Positions 1 through 8,326 of a stretch of 64,000 bases of DNA are shown piece after piece. Numbering within the stretch: position 1 is the stretch's first letter; each line of letters opens with the position of its first letter. The notes below the pieces were generated by a model. That model was given only the letters and a program-made list of their open reading frames with translations, made no database searches and had not been told where the DNA came from. The translations under genes and the position numbers were made by a program. Origin of the DNA: Pyrinomonadaceae bacterium (GTDB taxonomy: Bacteria; Acidobacteriota; Blastocatellia; Pyrinomonadales; Pyrinomonadaceae); the NCBI GenBank assembly GCA_041742785.1, contig JBGTOA010000032.1, positions 6,145 to 70,144 of the forward strand, read 5' to 3'.

Positions 1-157
1 AGCTGCGGCATGGCTGCGTCCGGCTGCAACTAGGGTTATCCGCGACTCCTGGGTCAGCCGAGACGAAAGTGCGCTGCGGGCCTTGCGCGTAAGCGAGGCT
101 GGTCAGAGCTAAAGTGAAGACGATAAGCGATGCTGCGCGAAGTAGATTCTGTCTCAT
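1..157 (-). CDS. secreted parallel beta-helix protein, paralog 0 (N-terminal part only; gene continues past the left edge)
   Basis: The reverse complement translates to MRQNLLRAASLIVFTLALTSLAYAQGPQRTFVSADPGVADNPSCSRTQPCRS. This is the same signal peptide plus QRTFVS...PCRSF module as the complete paralogs. Confidence 0.7.
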   Translation of the reverse strand, partial: MRQNLLRAASLIVFTLALTSLAYAQGPQRTFVSADPGVADNPSCSRTQPCRS

Positions 158-255
158 GGAGATGTTCTCCTTAGGTTGATAGGCAGTGGAGTAAGACGCG
201 CTGTCACTCTCTAGGGAAGAGCGCAGCTGTAGCGAGGGCCGGTTTAACTGCCGGA

Positions 256-285
256 TTTATAGCCCTGCCTGCGGAGGCGAGTCAA
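256..285 (-). promoter_or_regulatory. candidate sigma70-like promoter of paralog 0
   Basis: The minus strand reads TTGACT, an 18 nt spacer, then TATAAA, about 95 nt upstream of the ATG at 157. The same architecture occurs upstream of paralog 1. Confidence 0.3.
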
Positions 286-467
286 TTATTGGCGGGATGC
301 ATGAAGGATGACGCGACGCAGTGAGGCGAACTCTCTATTTAAAGAGCGAGGGCCGCGACTTCAGCGCGCGGCTCAAGGCGCACGGCGCGCTCTACCCGTC
401 TCGCCTGCGGTCGAGCATGGAGGGAATCGCTGATGAAAGTTTCTTTAGCTCTGTCGCGCTGTCACGG

Positions 468-1448
468 CTATTTCAACGCGATGACTGTGATACCTGTGGT
501 GGAATCGTCGCCGTTGCCGGCCACCATGTTGTTCCCCAGCGACTCGAAGTTTCCAACTCCAGACTGAAAGAACCCGCGACTGAAGTTATGAGCCGCCACA
601 GAATGGGAGACACGTATCTTCGCTGATGCTCCTGGGCCAGGTAACACTTCGAAGCCGTGGACGACGTTATTGCTTGAGACACACTCCGCGCAGCTCAGCA
701 CCGCGCTCGCGCCTGAGATATTGCTAGTCGCAAAGAACCCATCGCGGTTATTGAGCGAAGCGACACTGCGGTTGATCGTCACACGCGAGTTGTTGGAAGC
801 CACGAAGCCATTGTTGCCGTTGCGCTCCGATCGGCAGTTATCAATAGTGGCCAACACGCCCTGCGTTTGGATCGCCTGCAGAAGGATGCCGTCCGAGCCA
901 TTGTTCCTCACGATGCTATCTTTGATGAGGATGGTGCTTTGTTCCAGCGAAGTTATATTGACGTAGATGCCTCTATCAGCAAACCCGCTGATGACGCACC
1001 CCTCGACGTGCAGCGTGCCGACCGACGTGACCAGGATGCCATTCGACCCGCCCAACCCCGTCAGCGTCAGCCCGCGAAGGACAACTGTGTCTCCTCCCTG
1101 AAAGCCTCCCGCAGCGTTGACTTCAATCGCGTTGCTCCCTGCGGCCTGCGCCGTGACCGCCACATAGACGCCCGTCGGCGCCGTCAAAGTTACCGATTTG
1201 TTGATCGTGACTTGTCCGTAGCCCCCGCTGTCTAAGGCGACGACCTCGCCGCCTGCGCGCACCACGCCGATGGCGGCGTTGAAGCTGCGGCACGGCTGCG
1301 TCACCGAACAGTTGCTCACGGTATTGGCGTCGTTCCCGTTTTGCGCCGAGACGAAGGTGCGCTGCGGGCCTTGAGCGTAAGCCAGCGCCGTGAAAGTTAG
1401 AGTGAAGATGACGAGCGAGAAGAAGCGAATTGGCGTGCGTTGTCTCAT
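468..1448 (-). CDS. secreted right-handed parallel beta-helix (pectate-lyase-fold, DUF1565-like N-terminus) protein, paralog 1
   Basis: 326 aa ORF with signal peptide ...FTALAYAQGPQ. It has the N-terminal module QRTFVSAQNGNDAN..C..TQPCRSFNAA and repeated G/N/S/T/V-rich ~22-aa turns (NG.LV..V..L.V..C.I.GF). Confidence 0.85.
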   Translation of the reverse strand: MRQRTPIRFFSLVIFTLTFTALAYAQGPQRTFVSAQNGNDANTVSNCSVTQPCRSFNAAIGVVRAGGEVVALDSGGYGQVTINKSVTLTAPTGVYVAVTAQAAGSNAIEVNAAGGFQGGDTVVLRGLTLTGLGGSNGILVTSVGTLHVEGCVISGFADRGIYVNITSLEQSTILIKDSIVRNNGSDGILLQAIQTQGVLATIDNCRSERNGNNGFVASNNSRVTINRSVASLNNRDGFFATSNISGASAVLSCAECVSSNNVVHGFEVLPGPGASAKIRVSHSVAAHNFSRGFFQSGVGNFESLGNNMVAGNGDDSTTGITVIALK

Positions 1449-1553
1449 TGTGGTCTTCTCCTTAAGTCAGCAGGTGTTGGAAGAAGGCGCACGGGCGCCG
1501 GACGGAAGCGCGCGGCAGGCGCAAGCGTTAGCCAGACGCGCTGACTATAGTCC

Positions 1554-1583
1554 CGCCCGAAAAGGGCAGTCAATTAGCTGAGA
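1554..1583 (-). promoter_or_regulatory. candidate sigma70-like promoter of paralog 1
   Basis: The minus strand reads TTGACT, an 18 nt spacer, then TATAGT, about 105 nt upstream of the ATG at 1448. Confidence 0.3.
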
Positions 1584-1968
1584 GATGAGGCATGGAGAAG
1601 GAGAGTAAGGCGGCATGATTAGCTGAGTGCCCTACCGCGAGCGCGCGCATCGCACGCCGCCTCTCTGCGCCCGCCGGCCCGCGAGCGCGCGGAGCCTCTG
1701 AACCGATTGACGACGCTGAGTTAGGATAAGCGGTTTAGACGAACGTGCAGAGCAGGCTGGCCTGGGGCGCGCCTTAGGGAAAGAGAATTGCGGTAATGAA
1801 TTCCACTCGGGCAGCAGCTCGCAGTCCGCGCTACTGCGCCCCGACGACAGTAGTCGCGCACGAGGCGGAGCGTGTGGGCATAAGCGCGCACGCCCCCATA
1901 TATCACGCGCGCTGCCTAACGCAGCCGCCCCACTGCGCCATCGCCGCGCTGTCGCTATATCATTGCGC

Positions 1969-2955
1969 TCACGGATTCGTGTCGGTGCCCACCGCCATGA
2001 TCGCCCCCGTCTTGTCCACCGTGTTCCCCGCGACCATATTAGTCCCTGCCAGCACTTGAATTGTGAAGTCGCCGCCGAAGCTATTGATCCCGGTGGTGTT
2101 GTGGGTCGCTGTCGAGCGCGCCACCCGCATCCTTGACGTGCCGGCGGCACTGGCGACATTTCTAAACCCGTTGCCGTTATTACTCGCCACGCAACTATCC
2201 GCACTCATCTCGGCTACCCCGTCGTCAAAGCCGAATGCAAAGAATCCCGTGTCGCTGTTGCCTGACGCGATGCTGTTGCTCACCGTTACTTGTGTGCGCG
2301 TGAGGCGAGGGTAAGCGTAGAAGCCATAGGTGTTGTTCTCCGCGCGGGAACCATCTATCGAAGCCCTCACGGTCCCCGTGCTCGTCGTGATGTAGATGCC
2401 ACTACCTCCGTTATTTCTCACAATCGTATCCTTGATGAATATCCGCGATGAGTCGGCGGTGAGATCGACGTTGATGCCATTCTGAATAAACCCGTTGACG
2501 ACACAGTTCTCAACATGCAGCGTACCGACAGATGTGACGTTGATGCCACTCGCGACGCCCAGGCTATTTAAGGTCAGTCCTCTGAGCACTACGACATCTG
2601 AGGAGCCGGCGCTGATACGGATGGCATCCGTCCCGCCGATGGCCGTGCCGGGCTGCGCCGTGATGGCCACATAGACTCCGGTGGGCGCCGTGATCTGAAT
2701 GGCCTTGGTGATCTCCACCGGCCCGTAGCCGCCCGATGTTAACGCGATGATCTCGCCGCCGGCGGTCGTCACGGTCTGCGCAGCGGCGAAGCCGCGACAC
2801 GGATTAGCCGCGCTGCACAAGGAGGCAGTGTTGGCGTCCGAACCGGAGGTGGAAACGAAGGTGCGCTGCGCCGTCTGCGCTTGCGCGGTGGCGGAAAAAG
2901 TTAAAGCGAAGAGGCTGAGAGCGAAGAGGCGAAGCGAGCAGCGAAGGGTTGTCAT
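1969..2955 (-). CDS. secreted parallel beta-helix protein, paralog 2
   Basis: The ORF runs 1969..3051. The family-conserved signal peptide begins at Met33 (MTTLRCSLRLFALSLFALTFSATAQAQTAQRTFVS), whose ATG is at 2953-2955. Confidence 0.85.
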   Translation of the reverse strand: MTTLRCSLRLFALSLFALTFSATAQAQTAQRTFVSTSGSDANTASLCSAANPCRGFAAAQTVTTAGGEIIALTSGGYGPVEITKAIQITAPTGVYVAITAQPGTAIGGTDAIRISAGSSDVVVLRGLTLNSLGVASGINVTSVGTLHVENCVVNGFIQNGINVDLTADSSRIFIKDTIVRNNGGSGIYITTSTGTVRASIDGSRAENNTYGFYAYPRLTRTQVTVSNSIASGNSDTGFFAFGFDDGVAEMSADSCVASNNGNGFRNVASAAGTSRMRVARSTATHNTTGINSFGGDFTIQVLAGTNMVAGNTVDKTGAIMAVGTDTNP

Positions 2956-3173
2956 GGCGGTATCTCCTATTTGTAGGCGAAAGAGTGAAAGATAGAAGCT
3001 GCGCCGCAGTGACAAAAGCCGCGCAGCGGGGACGGTCAATTCATTCGCCAACGGGAGGCGAACGGGATTAACCTACGGCGCAGTGATCCATGACAGCAAC
3101 GCAGAGATGCCGTCCCGCGCCCATACTTTACAGCGTTGTCGCGGTCACCGTATGAGCGATTGATGCGAATGCG

Positions 3174-4163
3174 CTATTGGCCGGTGACGACCGTGACCCC
3201 GTATATGTTCAGGTTGTTGCCGCGCACGAGGTTGTCGCCCAGCGACTCGAACACGGCGGAGCCGAAGCTGATGCCGAACGCCGCGAACCCGGTGTCGGTG
3301 TTGTTGGTCGCCGTCGAGCGCGCCACCCGCATCGTCGCTGTGCCGCCAGAATCAGGGGGTTTGCCGCCAACAGCGACAAACCCGAAGGGGTTATTACTCG
3401 CCACGCAGTGATCGGCGTTCATCTCGGTAGTCGTTCCTGACACATCGCTGAGCGCATAGAATCCAGAATTACCGTTGCCCGAGGCGACGCTGTTGCTGAT
3501 CGTTACTCGTGAGCGGTTGTAAGCCAAGAAGCCATCATTGACGTTGTTCTCGGATCGGCAACCGTTGATCGAAGCCCTCACCGTCCCCGTGCTCGTCGTG
3601 ATGAAGATACCGCCTCCGTTATTTCTCACAATCGTATCTTTGATAAAGACCTCCGATCCGTCGGCGGTGAGATTGACGTTGATGCCATTCTGGGTAAACC
3701 CGTTGACGACACAGTTCTCAACATGCAGCGTACCGACAGATGTGACGTTGATGCCACTCGCGACGCCCAGGCTATTTAAGGTCAGTCCTCTGAGCACTAC
3801 GACATCTGAGGAGCCGGCGCTGATGCGGATGGCATCCGTCCCGCCGATGGCCGTGCCGGGCTGCGCCGTGATGGCCACATAGACTCCGGTGGGCGCAGTG
3901 ATCTGCAAGGCTTTGGTGATCTCCACAGGGCCATAGCCGCCCGAAGTCAAAGCGATAATCTCGCCGCCTGCTGTAGTCACCCCTTGCGCTGCCGTGAAGC
4001 TGCGACACGGATTAGCCGCGCTGCACAGGCTGGCGATGTTGGCATCGGAGCCGGCAGTCGAGACGAAGGTGCGTTGCGCCGTCTGAGCGGAAGCGACAGT
4101 AGCGATAGTGAAAGCGAAGAGGACAAGGGCGAAGAGGCGCAGCGAGAAGCGAAGGGTCAGCAT
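3174..4163 (-). CDS. secreted parallel beta-helix protein, paralog 3
   Basis: The ORF runs 3174..4364. The conserved signal peptide begins at Met68 (MLTLRFSLRLFALVLFAFTIATVASAQTAQRTFVS), whose ATG is at 4161-4163. The central ~110 aa are almost identical to paralog 2. Confidence 0.85.
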   Translation of the reverse strand: MLTLRFSLRLFALVLFAFTIATVASAQTAQRTFVSTAGSDANIASLCSAANPCRSFTAAQGVTTAGGEIIALTSGGYGPVEITKALQITAPTGVYVAITAQPGTAIGGTDAIRISAGSSDVVVLRGLTLNSLGVASGINVTSVGTLHVENCVVNGFTQNGINVNLTADGSEVFIKDTIVRNNGGGIFITTSTGTVRASINGCRSENNVNDGFLAYNRSRVTISNSVASGNGNSGFYALSDVSGTTTEMNADHCVASNNPFGFVAVGGKPPDSGGTATMRVARSTATNNTDTGFAAFGISFGSAVFESLGDNLVRGNNLNIYGVTVVTGQ

Positions 4164-4416
4164 GGGAATCTCTCCTGTAGTTAAGGGCAGCGATTTAAAC
4201 AAAGGCGCGGAGCGGGAACGCCGCGCGCAGCTTGGATAGGCGGCGCTACGATAGGCTGAAGCTTGACAGAGCGTCAAGCCGGAGAGGATTCGCTGCGGGT
4301 CGACTGTAGTCAGCGCAGCAGCGCGCAGAACGACGCGACCATCAGCGCACCAAGGCTTCAGCATGAAGAGTGAGACGAACGGCGATCTACGCGCGGCGCT
4401 TCGTCCGCAGCGCTGC

Positions 4417-5370
4417 TTACGGATTGGTGTCCGTGCCGACCGCCGTGATCGTGCCGTCTTTGTCCGTCCCGTTGCCTTCGACGAGGTTCGTCCCCGCCAG
4501 CACGCGGAACACGCTCGTTGTGCCGAATTGTCTGAACCCGGTGATGTTGTTCGTCGCCACCGAGCGCGCCACCCGCAGCCTCGCCGTGCCGCCGCCGGTG
4601 CTGCTTGTCACCAAGAACCCGCTTGAATTATTCGAGGCGACGCAACTCTCCGCATTCACCTCCGCCACCGTGCCCGACGCGGTGGTAGCGACAGTAAATC
4701 CGATACCGGTGTTGCCCGACGAGAGGCACCGGTCGAGCGTCCCTTCCACGTTGCCCAGGAAGGAAAAACCGGTGCTACCGTTCCTCTCTGAGCGCGTGTT
4801 GACCATCGAGACCCGCGCCACCGTCCCGCTGCCCGTTGGGCCGATGATGGAGATGCCGCTGCCGGCGTTATTCCTGACAATGGTCTCTTTGATGAAGATG
4901 TCTGCGCTGGCTGTGAGAAGGGCGCGGATGCCGGTGCTGGCGAAGCCGCTCACCACGCACCGCTCGACGTGCAGCACACCGACCGCCGTGACGGTGATGC
5001 CAATGTTTCCCGTCCCCTGCCGGTTGATGTTCAACCCCCGCAAGACCACCACCTCGCCCGGCGCGTTGATCGTCACGGCGTCACCCGAAAAGGCCGTAAT
5101 CCCGGCGTAGATGCCGTCCGGCGAGATGATCGAGACCGACTGCGTAATCGTCATCGGCCCGTAGCCGCCAGTCGTCAGGGCCAGCACTTCGCCGCCCGCA
5201 GCGGTCTGCGTCAGCGCGTAGTTAAAGCTGCGGCACGGGGCGCTGGGGACGCAGTTGCCGGCGTCCGTCCCGGTGGTCGAAACGAAGGTGCGTTGAATCT
5301 GGGCCTGGGCGACCAGCGTGGAGCAAAAGCAGAGGACCAGAGCGGCGAGCAGGAAGCGTAGTTTAGTCAT
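4417..5370 (-). CDS. secreted parallel beta-helix protein, paralog 4
   Basis: 317 aa starting MTKLRFLLAALVLCFCSTLVAQAQIQRTFVSTTGTD. The C-terminal ...GTDKDGTITAVGTDTNP resembles the end of paralog 2. Confidence 0.85.
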   Translation of the reverse strand: MTKLRFLLAALVLCFCSTLVAQAQIQRTFVSTTGTDAGNCVPSAPCRSFNYALTQTAAGGEVLALTTGGYGPMTITQSVSIISPDGIYAGITAFSGDAVTINAPGEVVVLRGLNINRQGTGNIGITVTAVGVLHVERCVVSGFASTGIRALLTASADIFIKETIVRNNAGSGISIIGPTGSGTVARVSMVNTRSERNGSTGFSFLGNVEGTLDRCLSSGNTGIGFTVATTASGTVAEVNAESCVASNNSSGFLVTSSTGGGTARLRVARSVATNNITGFRQFGTTSVFRVLAGTNLVEGNGTDKDGTITAVGTDTNP

Positions 5371-5545
5371 CGAAGTAGTCTCCTTAACCTTAGCAAATTG
5401 TGGTGGAAAGTTGCGCCGCCGCGAGCGCGCGGCAGCGTGAACGGAGGCGACCGTGCGCGCGATACTGGCAAGTGTCCGCGTCGGCGAGCCAGTCCTGACA
5501 GATAGAGCGGTGAGATTATCGCCGGGCGGCAGGAGGGGTCAAGGT

Positions 5546-6060
5546 CTATTGTGAGGCGCAAGTTAAGCTGAGAGGCGTGGGCGAGCGTGGGCGACCTGAG
5601 AGACGTGAGCGAGCGTGGGCGACGAAGACGGCTCTGGCCGCCGCCGCACCGCCGGACGCGGGATCCGCCGTGACGGCAGAGACATTAAATCCGCTACCGC
5701 TGTTGCCCGACGAGAGGCAGCGGTCGAGCGTCGCTGCCACGTTTCTCTGGAAGAAAAAACCGTTGTCACCGTTCCCCTCTGAGCGCGTGTTGACCATCGA
5801 AACGCGCGCCACCGTCCCGCTGCCCGTTGGGCCGATGATGAGGATGCCGCTGCTGGCGTTATTCCTGACAATGGTCTCTTTGATGAAGATGTCTGCGCTG
5901 GCTGTGAGAAAGGCGCGGATGCCGTCGCTGGCGAAGCCGCTCACCACGCACCGCTCGACGTGCAGCACGCCGACCGCCGTGACTTCGATGCCTCTGCTGC
6001 CCGTCCCCTGCCGGTTGATGTTCAACCCCCGGCGTAGATGCCGTCCGGCGAAATGTTATG
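5546..6060 (-). pseudogene. decayed beta-helix paralog (no signal peptide, internal deletion, degenerate C-terminus)
   Basis: The 159-aa ORF matches only residues ~113-260 of paralog 4 (NINRQGTG..VTAVGVLHVERCVVSGFAS.GIRA.LTASADIFIKETIVRNNA). Homology extends upstream to ~6056 after a ~63-nt gap relative to 5041-5103, then stops. Confidence 0.75.
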
Positions 6061-6134
6061 ATGCCGGTTGCAGAGCGGGCGCAGGTTAACGCGGCGCGTC
6101 TCGCGCAGTAAGCTTGCGAAGCGCGCGCCGGGAT

Positions 6135-7022
6135 TTAAGCGGGGCTTCCTGAGCGCGAACCGGTAACGCCGATCACCGTTACGCGCTGTCCCTTGCGATA
6201 TTCGCGCGGCATTGACGAAAGCGGCTTGAGAAAGTTGATGCGGGTGAAGCCGCCGTCCGTCAATATAACTTCGAGAGCGGCACGGCTCGGGACGACGCGG
6301 AAAGTCGTCGTGACGTTCGAGCCTTTCGTCGTCTGCTCGTCCGGATTGCGCGGAAAGAAGCTCAAGACAGGCTCCTTGTGTTTAGTGACTTCGGTGTCAA
6401 TGATGATCGTTTCCGTTGTCCGTCGCATCGCCTGGCGCAAGACGAAGACGGGGTCAGCCAGATGATAAAACAGGCCGAAGAAGAAGGTGACGTGACGCGG
6501 CGTGAGTCGCTTCCACCAATCGTCGTTTTCCAGATGCTCGCAGCGAAACTCGCAGTTACATATGTCGTAAACGGTGCGTAAAGCTTCGGCTTCGCGTATA
6601 AATGTTGGCGACGAGTCAATGCCCAGACAATGAGCGGCTCCGGCGCGCGTCGCGGCGAAACTCCAGAATCCCTGACAGCACGCGAGGTCTAATACTTCGC
6701 ATCCGTCCAGTGAACCGCCGTAGAGTTCGAGCAGGGGCTTGAAGATGTGTTGCTGTCGTTGATAATGGCGGTGGGGCGTAGCTCTGGTGGGCGATACGCT
6801 CATCCAAGGAAGATCAAAGGGATAATGCCAGTACCGCGTCGCCCGAAGAATCTCTTCCGCCTCTAGTTTATTCAATAATTCACCTTCGCAAGTCTTGTGA
6901 GTTGACGCAGCAGCTTCATTTGTCCGCCGCCTATCTTTATGCGCGCGCCTTCTCAGATTGCAATAGCTTCGTAGCTGCTTTTTTTTGTAACTCAAATTCG
7001 ACATCGCTTCTTCGAAAGCCAC
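6135..7022 (-). CDS. class I SAM-dependent methyltransferase (CmoB/DUF1698-like)
   Basis: Contains motif I VLDLACCQGFWSF, then GIDSS, and a W-H-Y-P-F-D-L segment N-terminal to it. The start is uncertain (Met1 or Met7). Confidence 0.6.
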   Translation of the reverse strand: MAFEEAMSNLSYKKKQLRSYCNLRRRAHKDRRRTNEAAASTHKTCEGELLNKLEAEEILRATRYWHYPFDLPWMSVSPTRATPHRHYQRQQHIFKPLLELYGGSLDGCEVLDLACCQGFWSFAATRAGAAHCLGIDSSPTFIREAEALRTVYDICNCEFRCEHLENDDWWKRLTPRHVTFFFGLFYHLADPVFVLRQAMRRTTETIIIDTEVTKHKEPVLSFFPRNPDEQTTKGSNVTTTFRVVPSRAALEVILTDGGFTRINFLKPLSSMPREYRKGQRVTVIGVTGSRSGSPA

Positions 7023-7164
7023 AAATCTCGGCGAGATCTATCATCAAGCCTTCCAAGGGCGCTCTGAGCTGGTCTTCCGGTTGACCAGTCACGGCTGGAC
7101 TTGAGAGCTTTCGTTTTGCCTGGTCCCCGAATTTTGAGATAGCGTTGTGAAGTCGTGAAGTCAT
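6937..7164 (-). pseudogene. possible N-terminal remnant of a larger (restriction/modification-like?) gene
   Basis: 75-aa ORF overlapping the methyltransferase start by 86 nt. The string GQPEDQLRAPLEGLMIDLAE resembles N-termini I associate with DNA methylase/restriction fusion proteins. This is unverified. Confidence 0.2.
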
Positions 7165-7332
7165 TTGAGCCTCATCGAAGGGGGTAAACTCGAGAATTCG
7201 TAGTGCCCAACGAAATCAGCACAGTTTTCCGAGTGGTCCTAAAATCCCAGTCAAACCACGATAGTGTATTGCCCAAAGTGGTGACAAAAAAATAAACTTG
7301 TCAGACCTGTTATCATGCCTGTTTCTTCTCAG

Positions 7333-7941
7333 CTACTTCAAAATCCCAAGCATACGTAAAAATTCAAGCCGCTGAAAAATCTGTGCTTTCTGCTTTCGGG
7401 ATTCATTTCGCTCTTTCTTGAATTCGGCTGCCTCTTCCAGCGGTACTCGCGGAACTACCTTACCGATCGATTCCTCAATTCTTGCTCTTTCGCGGCGCGC
7501 AAGCGGCAGTCTATCTAGCTTTGCTGAAACGAAATCCCAGAAATCGACTCGAAGCCATAGTTTCTCGCGGTCCCCTTCGTCAAAGCTACCCAGGTAGCAA
7601 ATAACCTTTTGTCTGGGTGATCCGTTGACACGCTGACTCTCGACTAGAACACAATACAGCGAGTCCCCGGCTTCGCTACGTCGGCGCGGATGTCGGCCGG
7701 GTTTTGTTACTGCCTTCTTCCGTCGTTTCCAGCGAATAAACATGAGGTGGAAACGGAAAAATAAAAGCCCTGATTCAAGACGGGACATCGCCTTGAACCA
7801 CGGGCTTTCATTAGCAGGGTATTCAGCTAATGCGGAGGTGCGCCGTATGTCCCCGAACACCCCGCTTCCAAACGCGACCCAGTTTAGCGGATTCCAGAAA
7901 CTTACGTTAGATCGGTGATCGAGTCGGCAGAACTGCCGCAA
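7333..7941 (-). CDS. hypothetical protein of the AT-richer recombinase segment
   Basis: 202-aa ORF. The basic N-terminus MFIRWKRRKKA at Met67 (ATG 7741-7743) is a plausible true start. I recognise no family. Confidence 0.4.
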   Translation of the reverse strand: MRQFCRLDHRSNVSFWNPLNWVAFGSGVFGDIRRTSALAEYPANESPWFKAMSRLESGLLFFRFHLMFIRWKRRKKAVTKPGRHPRRRSEAGDSLYCVLVESQRVNGSPRQKVICYLGSFDEGDREKLWLRVDFWDFVSAKLDRLPLARRERARIEESIGKVVPRVPLEEAAEFKKERNESRKQKAQIFQRLEFLRMLGILK

Positions 7942-8033
7942 AAAAATAAATCAAAAATTGTTCTAGCATCCTCAGTGACACTAATTCCCGAGCAAATGCG
8001 AATCAAGGGAGTCAAGAAGCTGTGGGGGCTAGA

Positions 8034-8318
8034 ATGCTTTCACTCGAGCGCTGTCGCAAAGTATTGGGTTCAGATACAAAGTTGTCTGACGAAGATCTTG
8101 CTACTCTGCGCGATCAGTTTTATTGTTTGGCGTCGCTTGCACTCGAGCGTAGAGATCAGCAAAAAAAATCAGCCCTGGAAAGAACAGACAGAGTTTTGGT
8201 TGATCGTGACGCTCTAGAGGAGCGGGCAGCAATCATTGAATTTGAAGGCAACGTTTCTCGAAGTGAAGCCGAGAGAAACGCTGTCGCTCTTGCGTTAGAG
8301 AATGATCACCTGAACTAG
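8034..8318 (+). CDS. small hypothetical protein immediately upstream of the recombinase
   Basis: ORF 8022(GTG)/8034(ATG)..8318. The motif EERAAIIEFEGNVSRSEAERNA is typical of small proteins on plasmids, phages and integrative elements. It ends 8 nt before the recombinase ATG. Confidence 0.45.
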   Translation: MLSLERCRKVLGSDTKLSDEDLATLRDQFYCLASLALERRDQQKKSALERTDRVLVDRDALEERAAIIEFEGNVSRSEAERNAVALALENDHLN

Positions 8319-8326
8319 AAGCCACT

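Noticed and set aside
3538-6089. Long plus-strand ORFs (3538-3882, 4370-5110, 4969-5361, 5577-6089) antisense to the beta-helix genes
   Set aside because: They are shadow ORFs of GC-rich repetitive coding sequence. They have no signal or domain features, whereas the minus-strand products form a coherent paralog family with signal peptides.
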